This document shows positions 41,421 to 53,464 of a DNA stretch of 64,000 nt, one piece after another; the first letter of the stretch is position 1; each line of letters begins with the position of its first letter. The stretch lies in assembly GCA_030611885.1 (NCBI GenBank), contig JAUWOY010000011.1, forward strand, positions 9,456-73,455. Direction: 5' to 3'. The notes beneath the pieces were generated by a model that had not been told where the DNA came from, did no database searches, and saw only the letters and a program-made list of their open reading frames with translations. The stretch comes from Chloroflexota bacterium (GTDB lineage: Bacteria; Chloroflexota; Anaerolineae; VGOG01). A program made the translations under genes and the position numbers.

Positions 41421-41695
41421 CAAAAGATGATGATCAGGAGGAGTAGGCGGGTCGGACATGGTAGAGAAGAGGGGTCGTGGGCTGAAAGCTCCTCGCAGGG
41501 AGATCCGCCGAAGGTCGCCTGGGAGTCTGCTGGCTGATGGCAGATGGCTCGCAGCTTCTGCAGCAGGTCAGTACGGGTAAGCCCGTTACAGCAGAATGAG
41601 AGAACAGCGGATCTGCCTGGCAATCTGCTGTTAAGCAAGGTGGTACCACGGGAGGTGAGCCTCTCTCGTCCTTGACGGGAGGGGTTCTTTTGTTT
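41421..41695 (+). promoter_or_regulatory. T-box riboswitch with Val specifier and terminator
   Basis: Stem I AGAG/GCTGAAA motifs; GAAG-GTC specifier (41514-41516); T-box AAGCAAGGTGGTACCACG (41633-41650); terminator stem 41660-41684 with T tract. Confidence 0.9.
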
Positions 41696-41712
41696 ACCAT
41701 GGGGACGGCCAA

Positions 41713-41762
41713 TTGACAAATCAGGCGACTTCCCCTATACTTCATGTGCCACTATGGTGGCA
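41713..41762 (+). promoter_or_regulatory. Promoter plus palindromic operator of the TA cassette
   Basis: TTGACA-N17-TATACT (41713-41741); TGCCAC-N4-GTGGCA (41747-41762). Confidence 0.75.
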
Positions 41763-41785
41763 ATCTTTGGACGGAGGTGATCAAA

Positions 41786-42112
41786 ATGGAGACGGCTAAA
41801 CTAACGGTGCGTTTGCCCAGGCAGCTTCACCAGACCCTGCGGGAACGGGCAACGCGATCGGCGCAGTCGCTGAACAAGGTCATCGTTAACACCCTTTGGC
41901 GAGGATTGGAGCGCAAGGAGATCACTCCCCCCTCAGAATATGAGCGCACGATGGCCGCTATTCGCAAGACGGGATTGGTGACGACCCTGGGACCAGAGTG
42001 GGACAAGTATATCGAAGATGCTCCGGATATGACCGCTGAAGAGCTTCGTGAGGCGCTGAGAGGAATATCCCCTCTGTCTGAAGATATCATCGCGGATCGG
42101 GGCGAGCGCTGA
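41786..42112 (+). CDS. Ribbon-helix-helix (Arc/HicB-like) antitoxin
   Basis: KLTVRLPRQLHQTLRERA…SLNKVI; C-terminal PLSEDIIADRGER; GGAGGTG RBS. Confidence 0.8.
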   Translation: METAKLTVRLPRQLHQTLRERATRSAQSLNKVIVNTLWRGLERKEITPPSEYERTMAAIRKTGLVTTLGPEWDKYIEDAPDMTAEELREALRGISPLSEDIIADRGER

Positions 42113-42588
42113 TGGCTTCTTTCTACTTTGACAGCAGCGCATTGGTCAAATATTACATCGCTGAGATCGGCACCCACTGGGTGAAGATCTTGGTTGATGA
42201 TCGAGTCGGTGATGAATGGCGCAACGCCGTCGCCACTTCATCTCTCAGCGTTGCGGAAGTGGTGGCTGCTTTTACTAAGCGGCATCTGATGCGCGAGATT
42301 TCCACGGGGCTGAAAGCGGCCCTTATTTCTCGCTTTCTGAGGGATGGGCGCCAACGGTGTACATTGCTTGAAGCGGATAGCACGGTCATTGATACCGCCG
42401 TACAACTCATCCAACGCCATCCCCTGCGCGCCTATGATGCTGTGCAGTTAGCCACCGCTCTGATCTTGAATAATGCCTTGATCGCCGATCAGCTACCCCC
42501 CCTAACATTCGTCTCCGCTGACAACGTTCTCTGCAGAGCGGCGCGGGCGGAGGGGCTGCCAGCCGAAAATCCCAACGAGTATCAGTAG
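42112..42588 (+). CDS. vapC: VapC/PIN toxin
   Basis: FDSSALVKYY, AE, LRAYDAVQLA, FVSAD. Confidence 0.9.
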   Translation: MASFYFDSSALVKYYIAEIGTHWVKILVDDRVGDEWRNAVATSSLSVAEVVAAFTKRHLMREISTGLKAALISRFLRDGRQRCTLLEADSTVIDTAVQLIQRHPLRAYDAVQLATALILNNALIADQLPPLTFVSADNVLCRAARAEGLPAENPNEYQ

Positions 42589-42673
42589 ATCCAAGATTTC
42601 CAGCAGAGGCGGCTCCCATGCCGCCGGTTCGCGGGCGTGGGAGCCCGCTCTGCTCAGAATTTGGATCTACTGA
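42582..42673. repeat. 92-bp long hairpin element
   Basis: TCAGTAGATCCAA / TTGGATCTACTGA outer arms; inner GGCTCCCATGCC / GGCGTGGGAGCC. Confidence 0.8.
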
Positions 42674-42713
42674 GCATGAATAACCGAGTAATTTTCTAAG
42701 GAGGTATCTATCT

Positions 42714-45506
<2,793 letters not shown>

Positions 45507-45568
45507 GGAAGGGGTCCCTGCCCTGTCCCAATGGCGGGAATGTCATCGAATAGCGTGAGGGGAAAACC

Positions 45569-46828
45569 ATGATCCAAGCTGACCTTCTCATCCACAGCGC
45601 CGCCCAGCTTCTCACCCTCGCCTCCGATGGCCCCAAGCGCGGGGCAGCGATGGGGGAGTTGGGCATTATCGAGCACGGAGCGGTGGCTGTCAAAGATGGC
45701 CTCATCGCCCTGGTGGGGCCGACGCCGGAGGTGCGGGGGCAGGTCACGGCTGCCGAGGAGATGGACGCCGCGGGCAAGGTGGTCATGCCCGGCTTTGTTG
45801 ATCCCCACACCCACCTGGTCTTCGCCGGCGACCGAGCGGGGGAGTTCGAGCAGCGGGTCAAGGGGGCTGCTTATTTGGAGATCATGGCTGCCGGTGGGGG
45901 GATCATGTCCACCGTGCGGGCCACGCGGGCGGCGAGCGTGGAGCAACTGGTGGAGGAGAGCCGGGCGCGGCTGGATCGGATGCTGGCCCACGGCACCACT
46001 ACCGCCGAGGCTAAGACCGGCTACGGCCTGGACGTCGAGACCGAGCTCAAGATGCTGGAGGCCATCCGCCGCCTGGACGCGGAGCACCCCGTAGACCTGG
46101 TCCCCACTTTCCTGGGCGCCCACGCGGTGCCTACCGAATACCAGGGCCGCGCCGATGAGTATGTGGACCTGGTCGTCGAGGAGATGCTGCCGATGATCAA
46201 ATCCCAAATCTCAAATCCCAAATCCCAAATTTTCTGCGACGTCTTCTGCGACGAGGGGGCCTTCACCCTGGAGCAGTCTCGACGAGTGCTGGAGGCGGCG
46301 CGCGCCCTGGGCTTCGGGCTGAAGATCCACACGGACGAGTTCAGGCCACTGGGAGGCGCGAGGCTGGCGGTGGAGCTGGGGGCGGTCTCGGCCGATCACC
46401 TGGTCTGCACCCCCGACGATGAAATCGAGTTGCTGGCGAGGTCGGACACCATCGCCGTGGCTTTGCCGGGTACACCCTTCGGTCTGGGGCGCCACGAGTA
46501 TACCCCCGCCCGGCGGATCATTGACTCCGGAGGCGCTTTGGCCCTGGCCACCGACCTCAACCCCGGCACTTGCTGGTGCGAGTCCATGCAATTTATCATT
46601 GCCCTGGCCTGCCGCTTCATGAAAATGACCCCCGCCGAGGCCATCGTCGCTGCTACCATCAACGCCGCTCACGCCATCGGGTTGGGCCACCAAGTGGGGA
46701 GTTTGGAGGTCGGCAAGAAAGCCGACGTCCTCGTCCTTGATATTCCCGACTATCGCCATCTGCCCTATCGCTTCGGTGTCAACCTGGTGGATAGGGTGAT
46801 AAAAAGCGGTGAGTTGGCCTGTACTTGA
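45569..46828 (+). CDS. hutI: Imidazolonepropionase
   Basis: PGFVDPHTH, GGGIMSTV, EAKTGYGL, GAHA, KIHTDE, SADH, ATDLNPG. Confidence 0.95.
   Translation: MIQADLLIHSAAQLLTLASDGPKRGAAMGELGIIEHGAVAVKDGLIALVGPTPEVRGQVTAAEEMDAAGKVVMPGFVDPHTHLVFAGDRAGEFEQRVKGAAYLEIMAAGGGIMSTVRATRAASVEQLVEESRARLDRMLAHGTTTAEAKTGYGLDVETELKMLEAIRRLDAEHPVDLVPTFLGAHAVPTEYQGRADEYVDLVVEEMLPMIKSQISNPKSQIFCDVFCDEGAFTLEQSRRVLEAARALGFGLKIHTDEFRPLGGARLAVELGAVSADHLVCTPDDEIELLARSDTIAVALPGTPFGLGRHEYTPARRIIDSGGALALATDLNPGTCWCESMQFIIALACRFMKMTPAEAIVAATINAAHAIGLGHQVGSLEVGKKADVLVLDIPDYRHLPYRFGVNLVDRVIKSGELACT
46198..46230 (+). repeat. Heptamer array CAAATCC x4-5 inside hutI
   Basis: Encodes KSQISNPKSQI just before FCDVFC. Confidence 0.9.
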
Positions 46829-46853
46829 CGAAATCGCCAAAGTAAACTACAAT
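46825..46853 (+). promoter_or_regulatory. Sigma70-type promoter upstream of ffh
   Basis: TTGACG-N17-TACAAT. Confidence 0.6.
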
Positions 46854-46864
46854 GACGCTACTGG

Positions 46865-46961
46865 AGAAACCAGGTTTTTCTCTGCCTGATCAAGCAGATC
46901 ATCGCTTTTAGGGTCTCTTGGGGTACGAAAGAGCATCTTACAGCCAAAAAACCTGGTTTCT
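46865..46961. mobile_element. 97-bp MITE-like element with 15-bp terminal inverted repeats
   Basis: AGAAACCAGGTTTTT (46865-46879) / AAAAACCTGGTTTCT (46947-46961). Confidence 0.6.
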
Positions 46962-46987
46962 GATTGACTTGAGGGGATGAGCACAAA

Positions 46988-48316
46988 GTGTTTGAGAATC
47001 TGACGGATAAGCTGCAAAAGGTGTTCGACAAACTGGCCAAGCGGGGCAAGCTCTCCGAGGGCGATGTTGATGCCGCCATGCGCGAGGTGCGACTGGCGCT
47101 GCTGGAGGCCGACGTCAACTACAAAGTGGTCAAGGACTTCGTGGCCAGGGTGCGCGAGCGGGCCGTCGGCGTTGAGGTGATGAGGACTCTCACGCCGGCC
47201 CAGCAAGTGGTCAAGATCGTCAATGAGGAGCTGATCAAGACTCTGGGCGAGCCTAGCAAGCTGGACCTGACGGGCGCACCGCCTCACGTCATCATGCTGG
47301 TGGGCCTCCAGGGATCGGGCAAGACGACTACGGCGGCCAAGCTGGCCCTGATGCTGCGCAAGTCCGGCCAGCGGCCCCTGCTGGTGGCCGCCGATCCCCG
47401 CCGTCCAGCGGCGGTGACTCAGTTGGAGGTGCTGGGGAAGCAGTTGGACATCCCCGTCTATCAAGAAGGCACTACCGTGCCTCCACCGATTGTCTGCGCC
47501 AACGCCGTCCGGCGGGCCGAAGAGGCTGCCCGTAGCACCGTCATCCTGGACACCGGCGGACGGTTGCACATTGACGAGGAGCTGATGCAGGAGCTGGCGG
47601 AGATCAAGAAGAAGGTCTCGCCTCAAGAGGTGCTGCTGGTGGCCGATGCCATGACGGGCCAGGACGCAGTGAGGGCAGCGGGTGACTTCAACCAGCGGGT
47701 GGGTTTGACGGGCCTGATTCTGACCAAGGCCGATGGGGACGCTCGCGGCGGGGCGGCCATCTCCATCCGCTCCGTGACCGGCGTGCCCATCAAATTCCTG
47801 GGCGTGGGCGAGAAGACCGATGCCCTGGAGCCCTTCTATCCCGATCGCCTGGCCTCGCGCATCCTGGGCATGGGCGACGTCCTCAGCCTGATCGAGAAGG
47901 CAGAAGCGACCCTCGATCAGGAGCAAGCCCTGGCTGTGGGTAGAAAGCTGGCCAAGGGCGAGTTCGACCTGGAGGACTTCCGGCAGCAACTGCGCGAGGT
48001 CAAGAAGATGGGGCCGTTGAGTCAGATATTGGACATGATCCCCGGCTTTTCCCAGGTCAGTCAGCAAGTGTCGCCAGAGGTCACCGACCAGCAGATGAAG
48101 CGGACCGAAGCTATCGTCAATTCCATGACCCTGGAGGAGCGGCACAATCCCAAGATCATCAACGCCAGCCGCAAGCGGCGCATCGCGCGGGGCTCCGGCA
48201 CCACCGTCCAGGAGATCAACCAGCTCCTGGGCCAATTTCGCCAGATGCAGCGCATGATGAAGCAGATGACTAGCGGGCGCGGTCCGTTTTCGATGTTGAG
48301 GCAGTTAGGTAGTTAG
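46988..48316 (+). CDS. ffh: Signal recognition particle protein
   Basis: ALLEADV, GLQGSGKTTT, DTGGR, TKADG, DRLASRILGMGD, M domain. Confidence 0.97.
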   Translation: MFENLTDKLQKVFDKLAKRGKLSEGDVDAAMREVRLALLEADVNYKVVKDFVARVRERAVGVEVMRTLTPAQQVVKIVNEELIKTLGEPSKLDLTGAPPHVIMLVGLQGSGKTTTAAKLALMLRKSGQRPLLVAADPRRPAAVTQLEVLGKQLDIPVYQEGTTVPPPIVCANAVRRAEEAARSTVILDTGGRLHIDEELMQELAEIKKKVSPQEVLLVADAMTGQDAVRAAGDFNQRVGLTGLILTKADGDARGGAAISIRSVTGVPIKFLGVGEKTDALEPFYPDRLASRILGMGDVLSLIEKAEATLDQEQALAVGRKLAKGEFDLEDFRQQLREVKKMGPLSQILDMIPGFSQVSQQVSPEVTDQQMKRTEAIVNSMTLEERHNPKIINASRKRRIARGSGTTVQEINQLLGQFRQMQRMMKQMTSGRGPFSMLRQLGS

Positions 48317-48367
48317 GAGTTGACCACCCATGTCCATACACTGGGTGGTTGGAAAGGAGTTGGCGAA

Positions 48368-48694
48368 ATGATTGATGTGGTCAAAGCGGCGGATGTCGAG
48401 CCGGTGGAGATGGTCCCTGGGGTGTGGCGACGAATGTTGACCTACGGGGAGCAGGTCATGGTCGTCCAGGTCACCCTGGAGGAGGGGACGGTTGTTCCAG
48501 CCCATCGGCATCCTCACGAACAGATCACCTACGTCATCGAAGGGGAGCTGTCCATGGAGGTCGAGGGTCGGACCCATGTCCTGGGAGCGGGGGATAGCCT
48601 GCTGTTTCCATCCGATGTGGAGCACGGGGCCACCGCTCTCCAGCGCACCCTTGTCCTTGATACCTTCTCCCCACCGCGGGAGGAGTACAAATAG
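48368..48694 (+). CDS. Cupin-domain protein
   Basis: HRHPHEQ, PSDVEHG, FSPPRE. Confidence 0.85.
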   Translation: MIDVVKAADVEPVEMVPGVWRRMLTYGEQVMVVQVTLEEGTVVPAHRHPHEQITYVIEGELSMEVEGRTHVLGAGDSLLFPSDVEHGATALQRTLVLDTFSPPREEYK

Positions 48695-48723
48695 CAGATA
48701 TCCAATAGCTAATAGCAAATACC
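48689..48723 (+). repeat. Heptamer array xAATAGC x5 spanning the cupin stop codon
   Basis: AAATAGC AGATATC CAATAGC TAATAGC AAATACC. Confidence 0.7.
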
Positions 48724-48751
48724 AAACCGAAAGGAGTTCAAGAGAAGAGAA

Positions 48752-49408
48752 ATGGTAAAGATCAGACTACGTCGTACAGGCAAGAAGAAACAAGCCAGCT
48801 ACCGAGTGGTGGTGGCCGATTCCCGAGCGCCGCGCGATGGGCGCTTCATCGAGATCATCGGGTTCTACAACCCCCGCACGGATCCACCCACTGTTCAGAT
48901 AAAAGAGGACCGCGCTCTTTACTGGCTATCGCAGGGGGCTCAGCTTTCCGATGCAGTGGCCAGGTTGTTGAAAAAACAGGGCACCCTCGACCGATTCGCG
49001 CGCTTGAAGGAGGGAGAGGACTTGGAAGCTCTACTGGCCGAGGCGACTGTAGAGGAAGTCGTGGCTGAGGAAGTTGTAGAAGAAGTCGCGGCCGAGGAGG
49101 TTGCCCCGGTGGAAGAAGCGCCGGTGGAGGAAGCTGCTCCGGTGGAGGAGGAAACGCCGGTGGAAGAAGAAGCGCCGGTGGAGGAGGCTGCTCCGGTGGA
49201 GGAAGAGCCGGGGGAGGAAGCTGCTCCGGGGGAGGAAGAGCCGGTGGCGGAAGCTGCGCCGGTGGAGGAAGAGCTGGTGGAGGAGGCTGCGCCGGCGGAG
49301 GAAGAAGCGCCGGTCGAAGAGGCTGCGCCGGCGGAGGAAGAAGCGCCGGCGGAGGAGGCTGAACCCCCTGAGGCCGAAGTCGCTGAGGAGGTGTCTATAG
49401 CTGATTAG
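48752..49408 (+). CDS. rpsP: 30S ribosomal protein S16 with a long acidic repeat tail
   Basis: MVKIRLRR…[18 protein letters not shown]; about 120 aa of (E/A/P/V) repeats. Confidence 0.95.
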   Translation: MVKIRLRRTGKKKQASYRVVVADSRAPRDGRFIEIIGFYNPRTDPPTVQIKEDRALYWLSQGAQLSDAVARLLKKQGTLDRFARLKEGEDLEALLAEATVEEVVAEEVVEEVAAEEVAPVEEAPVEEAAPVEEETPVEEEAPVEEAAPVEEEPGEEAAPGEEEPVAEAAPVEEELVEEAAPAEEEAPVEEAAPAEEEAPAEEAEPPEAEVAEEVSIAD

Positions 49409-49523
49409 GAAGCACCTTCTGAGGAAGAGCTCATGTAAGCGCCGCTGAAAGAGGAAATCTACGAGACCGCGGGCGAACAAGCTGACCAGCTCAGAACATC
49501 ACAAGCAAAAGGAGGGCGATCCA

Positions 49524-49931
49524 ATGAAGGAACTGATCGAGTACATCGCGAAAACACTGGCGGATGACCCATCACAGGTCCGTGTGGACGAGATTGAGGG
49601 CTCTAGCTCCGTGGTCCTCGAGCTGCGCGTGGCCCCAGAGGACATGGGGCGGATCATCGGCAGTAAAGGACGGGTGGCCAACGCCATGCGCACCCTGCTA
49701 AGGGTGCTCGGTGGTAAGGAGGGCAAGCGCGTTACCCTGGAGATCGTCGAATCTCCAACGGCGGAGGCTGCCGCCGGAGAGGTTGCTCCGGTGGATGAGG
49801 TTGCACCCATTGAGGCTGAAGTAGTTGAGGAGGCGCCTATAGCTGATTGGGAAATGCCTTCTGATGAAGAGCTCTTAGCAGCGCCGCTGGAAGAGGAAAT
49901 CTACGAGACCACAGGCGAGCAGGCTGACTAG
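49524..49931 (+). CDS. khpA: KhpA KH-domain RNA-binding protein, copy 1, with acidic extension
   Basis: DMGRIIGSKG GxxG loop; 59-aa tail resembling the S16 tail. Confidence 0.85.
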   Translation: MKELIEYIAKTLADDPSQVRVDEIEGSSSVVLELRVAPEDMGRIIGSKGRVANAMRTLLRVLGGKEGKRVTLEIVESPTAEAAAGEVAPVDEVAPIEAEVVEEAPIADWEMPSDEELLAAPLEEEIYETTGEQAD

Positions 49932-49964
49932 CTCAGAACATCCCAAGCAAAAGGAGGCGATCCA

Positions 49965-50195
49965 ATGAAGGAGCTGATCGAGTACATCGCAAAATCGCTG
50001 GTGGATGACCCGTCACAGGTCCGTGTGGACGAGATTGTAGGCACTACCTCCGTTGTCCTCGAGCTGCGCGTAGCTCCAGAGGACATGGGGCGGGTCATCG
50101 GCAAGAAGGGGCGGGTGGCCAACGCCATGCGCACCCTGGTAAGGGTAGTCGCTGCTAAGCAGGGCAAGCGCGTTACCCTGGAGATCGTCGAATAG
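49965..50195 (+). CDS. khpA: KhpA KH-domain RNA-binding protein, copy 2 (canonical length)
   Basis: DMGRVIGKKGRVANAMR; 76 aa; lies between rpsP and rimM. Confidence 0.92.
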   Translation: MKELIEYIAKSLVDDPSQVRVDEIVGTTSVVLELRVAPEDMGRVIGKKGRVANAMRTLVRVVAAKQGKRVTLEIVE

Positions 50196-50202
50196 CAACC
50201 GA

Positions 50203-50238
50203 GGCGGGGGCTCCGTTGCGTGCCCCCGCCCCTTTTTC
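50203..50238 (+). terminator. Intrinsic terminator-like hairpin
   Basis: GGCGGGGGC / GCCCCCGCC followed by CCTTTTT. Confidence 0.55.
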
Positions 50239-50251
50239 AGGGCGCAGTGAG

Positions 50252-50788
50252 ATGACAGGCTCAAAACCTGGGGGAACAGATAATAGGGCTGGGCCTCGTT
50301 ACCTGGTTATCGGCCGGGTGGCAAGGCCCTGGGGAATACAGGGCGAAGTAAAGGTGAAGATCATGACCGACTTCCCAGATCGCTTCTCCCTGTTGCGAAA
50401 GATCTACCTGGGGCCGGAGGCTGTGCCTTTCGTCCTGGAGGGCTTTCGCCTGCACCAGGGGGCGGCTCTCCTCAAACTGGAAGGCTGCCATGATCGGACC
50501 GCAGTCGAGAAACTGCGGGGCCAATGGGTGCAGATTCCGATTGAAGAAGCCATGCCCTTGGAGCAGGATGAGTACTACGAGTACCAAATCATCGGCCTCG
50601 CTGTTTGGACAACGGGCGGGGAATACCTGGGCACAGTGGACGAAGTCATCTCCACGGGAGCCAACGACGTCTACGTGGTGCGCGGCGAGGAGCGCGAGAT
50701 CCTGATCCCAGCCATCGAGGACGTGGTGCTGGAGATCAACCTGGCCCAGGGGCGGCTGGTGGTGGAGCTGATAGAGGGGTTGATTTAG
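50252..50788 (+). CDS. rimM: Ribosome maturation factor RimM
   Basis: GRVARPWGIQGEVKV, EYYEYQIIG, TGANDVYVV, LIPA. Confidence 0.93.
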   Translation: MTGSKPGGTDNRAGPRYLVIGRVARPWGIQGEVKVKIMTDFPDRFSLLRKIYLGPEAVPFVLEGFRLHQGAALLKLEGCHDRTAVEKLRGQWVQIPIEEAMPLEQDEYYEYQIIGLAVWTTGGEYLGTVDEVISTGANDVYVVRGEEREILIPAIEDVVLEINLAQGRLVVELIEGLI

Positions 50789-50802
50789 GATAGGAGGTTT
50801 CG

Positions 50803-51939
50803 GTGGCCGAGGTCACTTCGACTAAGCTCAGTGCAAGCAAATATTGGGTTGGCTTTAACATCGTTCACGGGATAGGGCCGATGAAGTTCAGGGCCTTGCT
50901 CAATCACTTCGGCGATTTGGAAGAGGCCTGGCACGCCGACGCCGGTGAGCTCAAATCGGCAGGGCTGGATCGGCGTGCCCTTAAGAACCTCATGACCACG
51001 CGCTCTACCATCTCGCTGGATGGGAAGATGGAGGAGATCGAACGCCAGGGGGCGAAGGTGCTCACCTGGAACGACCCCGCCTACCCGACTTGCTTGTTGA
51101 ACATCTACGATCCGCCGCCGGTGCTCTACGTTAAAGGCGAGATCCTGGACGAGGACCAGTGGGCGGTGGCGGTGGTCGGAACCCGGGGGGCCACGGTCTA
51201 CGGGAAGGAAGTGACGCGACAGATAGCTGGCGGCCTGGCCCGCAACGGGCTTACCATCGTCAGCGGTCTGGCACGGGGGATAGATAGCGAGGCCCACCGA
51301 GCAGCGCTGGATGCCGGTGGCCGTACGATTGCCGTCTTAGGCTCTGGCGTAGACGTAATTTACCCGGCGGAGAGCCGTAAGCTGGCTCAGGCCGTAATCG
51401 AACGAGGGGCTTTGGTGAGCGAATACGCCCTGGGCACCCGACCAGAGGCGGGCAATTTTCCACCACGCAATCGCATCATCAGCGGGCTGTCCCTGGGAGC
51501 GGTCATCGTCGAGGCGGGGGAGAGGAGCGGGGCTCTCATCACGGCTGACTTCGCCCTTGAGCAAGGGCGGGAGGTCTTCGCCGTGCCTGGCAACATCTTC
51601 AGAAAGAAAAGCATGGGGGCCAACAAGCTCATCCAGCAGGGGGGGGCCAAACCGGTCCTCTCGGTAGAGGACATTTTGGAGGAGCTCAACCTGACCATGG
51701 TCAGCCAGCAGGCGGAGGTGCGGGCCATCGTCCCAGAGAACGAGACGGAGGCTACATTGTTGGAGTACATCACCGCTGACCCCGTCCACGTGGACGAAAT
51801 CAGGCAAAAGAGCGACTTGCCCATTGCCCAGGTCTCCAGCACCCTGGCTTTGATGGAGCTCAAGGGCATGGTGCGGCAGGTGGGGGGGATGAACTACGTG
51901 CTGGCCAGAGAGGGCCGAGTGGAGTACGTGGTGGACTGA
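50803..51939 (+). CDS. dprA: DNA-processing protein DprA
   Basis: DPPPVLY, VVGTR, SGLARGID, FPPRNRIISG, C-terminal winged helix. Confidence 0.95.
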   Translation: MAEVTSTKLSASKYWVGFNIVHGIGPMKFRALLNHFGDLEEAWHADAGELKSAGLDRRALKNLMTTRSTISLDGKMEEIERQGAKVLTWNDPAYPTCLLNIYDPPPVLYVKGEILDEDQWAVAVVGTRGATVYGKEVTRQIAGGLARNGLTIVSGLARGIDSEAHRAALDAGGRTIAVLGSGVDVIYPAESRKLAQAVIERGALVSEYALGTRPEAGNFPPRNRIISGLSLGAVIVEAGERSGALITADFALEQGREVFAVPGNIFRKKSMGANKLIQQGGAKPVLSVEDILEELNLTMVSQQAEVRAIVPENETEATLLEYITADPVHVDEIRQKSDLPIAQVSSTLALMELKGMVRQVGGMNYVLAREGRVEYVVD

Positions 51940-51947
51940 GGGAACTG

Positions 51948-51979
51948 TACGAATCTACGAATTTACGAATTTACGAATT
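51948..51979 (+). repeat. Intergenic octamer array TACGAATT x4
   Basis: TACGAATC (TACGAATT)3. Confidence 0.9.
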
Positions 51980-51990
51980 GAGGTAGAATA

Positions 51991-53058
51991 TTGTACGCTT
52001 TGATCATGGCCGGAGGGAGCGGCACTCGCCTCTGGCCTCGCAGCCGAGGGTCTTGCCCCAAGCAGTTATTGGGTCTTTTGTCCGAGAGGACGATGCTGCA
52101 GGAAGCCTGTCAGCGCATCACACCTCTCGTCCCTGACGATAAAATCTTTGTGGTGACCAACGAGGCCTACACCGGCGTCGTCCGCCAGCAGATCCCGCAG
52201 GCGCCGGCAGCCAACGTTATCGGCGAATTGGAGGGCCACGGTACAGCGCCCTGCATCGGCCTATCCGCCTTGTACCTCAGGCGGCTGGACCCTGAGGCGG
52301 TGATGGCGGTCCTCACGGCCGATCACTACATTGAGAAGGCGGACGAGCTCCGGCGCGCGCTGGCGGCGGCGGCCCAGGTGGCGGAGGCGGGCCGCCTGGT
52401 AACTCTGGGCATCAAACCCAATCGCCCGGCGACAGGCTACGGCTACATCCACCGAAGCAAGAAGTTGGCTCAGGTCAGCGGGCACGACGTGTACCGAGTC
52501 GAGAAGTTCACCGAGAAGCCCGATCTGGCTACGGCCCAAGCCTTCGTGGAGAGCGGCCGGTACTACTGGAACAGCGGCATGTTCATCTGGAAGGTGGCAA
52601 CCATCTTACGGGAGTTCGAGAAGCTCATGCCCCGATTCTACGCTCAGTTGATGGAAATTGACGCTGCCCTGGGCACGGCGGAGGAGCGGGCCGTGCTGGA
52701 GCGGGTTTGGCCCCAGGTGGAAAACGAGACCATTGACTACGGCATCATGGAGCGGGCCGAGGACGTGGCCGTCATCCCGGTGGACATCGGCTGGAGCGAT
52801 GTGGGGAGCTGGGCCACGTTGTTCGATCTCCTCCCCGCCGACGAGGAGGGCAACGTCATCGTCGGGAAACACATTGGGCTGGACACCACGGGCTGTCTGA
52901 TCCACGGCTCCCGCCGTCTGGTGACCACCATTGGCTTGGAGGACATGATCGTCGTAGATACCGAGGATGCTCTACTGATCTGTCCCAAAGAGCGGGCTCA
53001 AGAAGTGCGGGATTTGGTGAAGAAGCTCAAAGAGAGCGGTAGGGAAGAGTACTTGTGA
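51991..53058 (+). CDS. manC: Mannose-1-phosphate guanylyltransferase
   Basis: MAGGSGTRLWP, PKQ, GYGYI, FTEKP, WNSGMF, WSDVGSW. Confidence 0.9.
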   Translation: MYALIMAGGSGTRLWPRSRGSCPKQLLGLLSERTMLQEACQRITPLVPDDKIFVVTNEAYTGVVRQQIPQAPAANVIGELEGHGTAPCIGLSALYLRRLDPEAVMAVLTADHYIEKADELRRALAAAAQVAEAGRLVTLGIKPNRPATGYGYIHRSKKLAQVSGHDVYRVEKFTEKPDLATAQAFVESGRYYWNSGMFIWKVATILREFEKLMPRFYAQLMEIDAALGTAEERAVLERVWPQVENETIDYGIMERAEDVAVIPVDIGWSDVGSWATLFDLLPADEEGNVIVGKHIGLDTTGCLIHGSRRLVTTIGLEDMIVVDTEDALLICPKERAQEVRDLVKKLKESGREEYL

Positions 53059-53098
53059 TGAGCTTGGCTGATTTATGTACTTGATGAGGAGTTGAGGA

Positions 53099-53464
53099 GT
53101 GGACAAAGAAGCATTGAAATATCTTGCCGATCATGAGCAGGCGGCGTTAGAGGAGTTCCTGACCAAGCTGCATGAGCAGCACGGAAACGAGGTGGTGCTC
53201 GTTAGTCTCTTTGGTTCAAAAGTGCGCGGCGATTTCGACGAGGAATCGGATGTTGATGTGCTGGTCGTAGTTGAAGACAGGATTAGCCAATTGTGGGAAG
53301 ATATTGTAGAGATCGAAACCGATCTCATGCTGAAATACGATTTGGTCATTTCGTCGTTGATCATGGGCCGAGATAACTACGAGTGGCATCGCCGGCATCG
53401 CGCCCCGCTGTATCGCAACGTCGAGAGAGAAGGAGTTGAACTGTGGACGAGCAGGCCAGAGTGA
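53099..53464 (+). CDS. Minimal nucleotidyltransferase (MNT)
   Basis: LFGSKVRGDFDEESDVDVLV; NVEREGV. Confidence 0.85.
   Translation: MDKEALKYLADHEQAALEEFLTKLHEQHGNEVVLVSLFGSKVRGDFDEESDVDVLVVVEDRISQLWEDIVEIETDLMLKYDLVISSLIMGRDNYEWHRRHRAPLYRNVEREGVELWTSRPE

Noticed and set aside
46847-48235. Long antisense ORFs (also 11437-12660, 33549-34814, 54221-55597, 59066-60625)
   Set aside because: Shadows of well-supported genes in GC-rich DNA; no recognisable motifs.
49331-50195. Duplication as a diversity-generating retroelement TR/VR pair
   Set aside because: Mismatches are not adenine-specific and there is no reverse transcriptase in the window.
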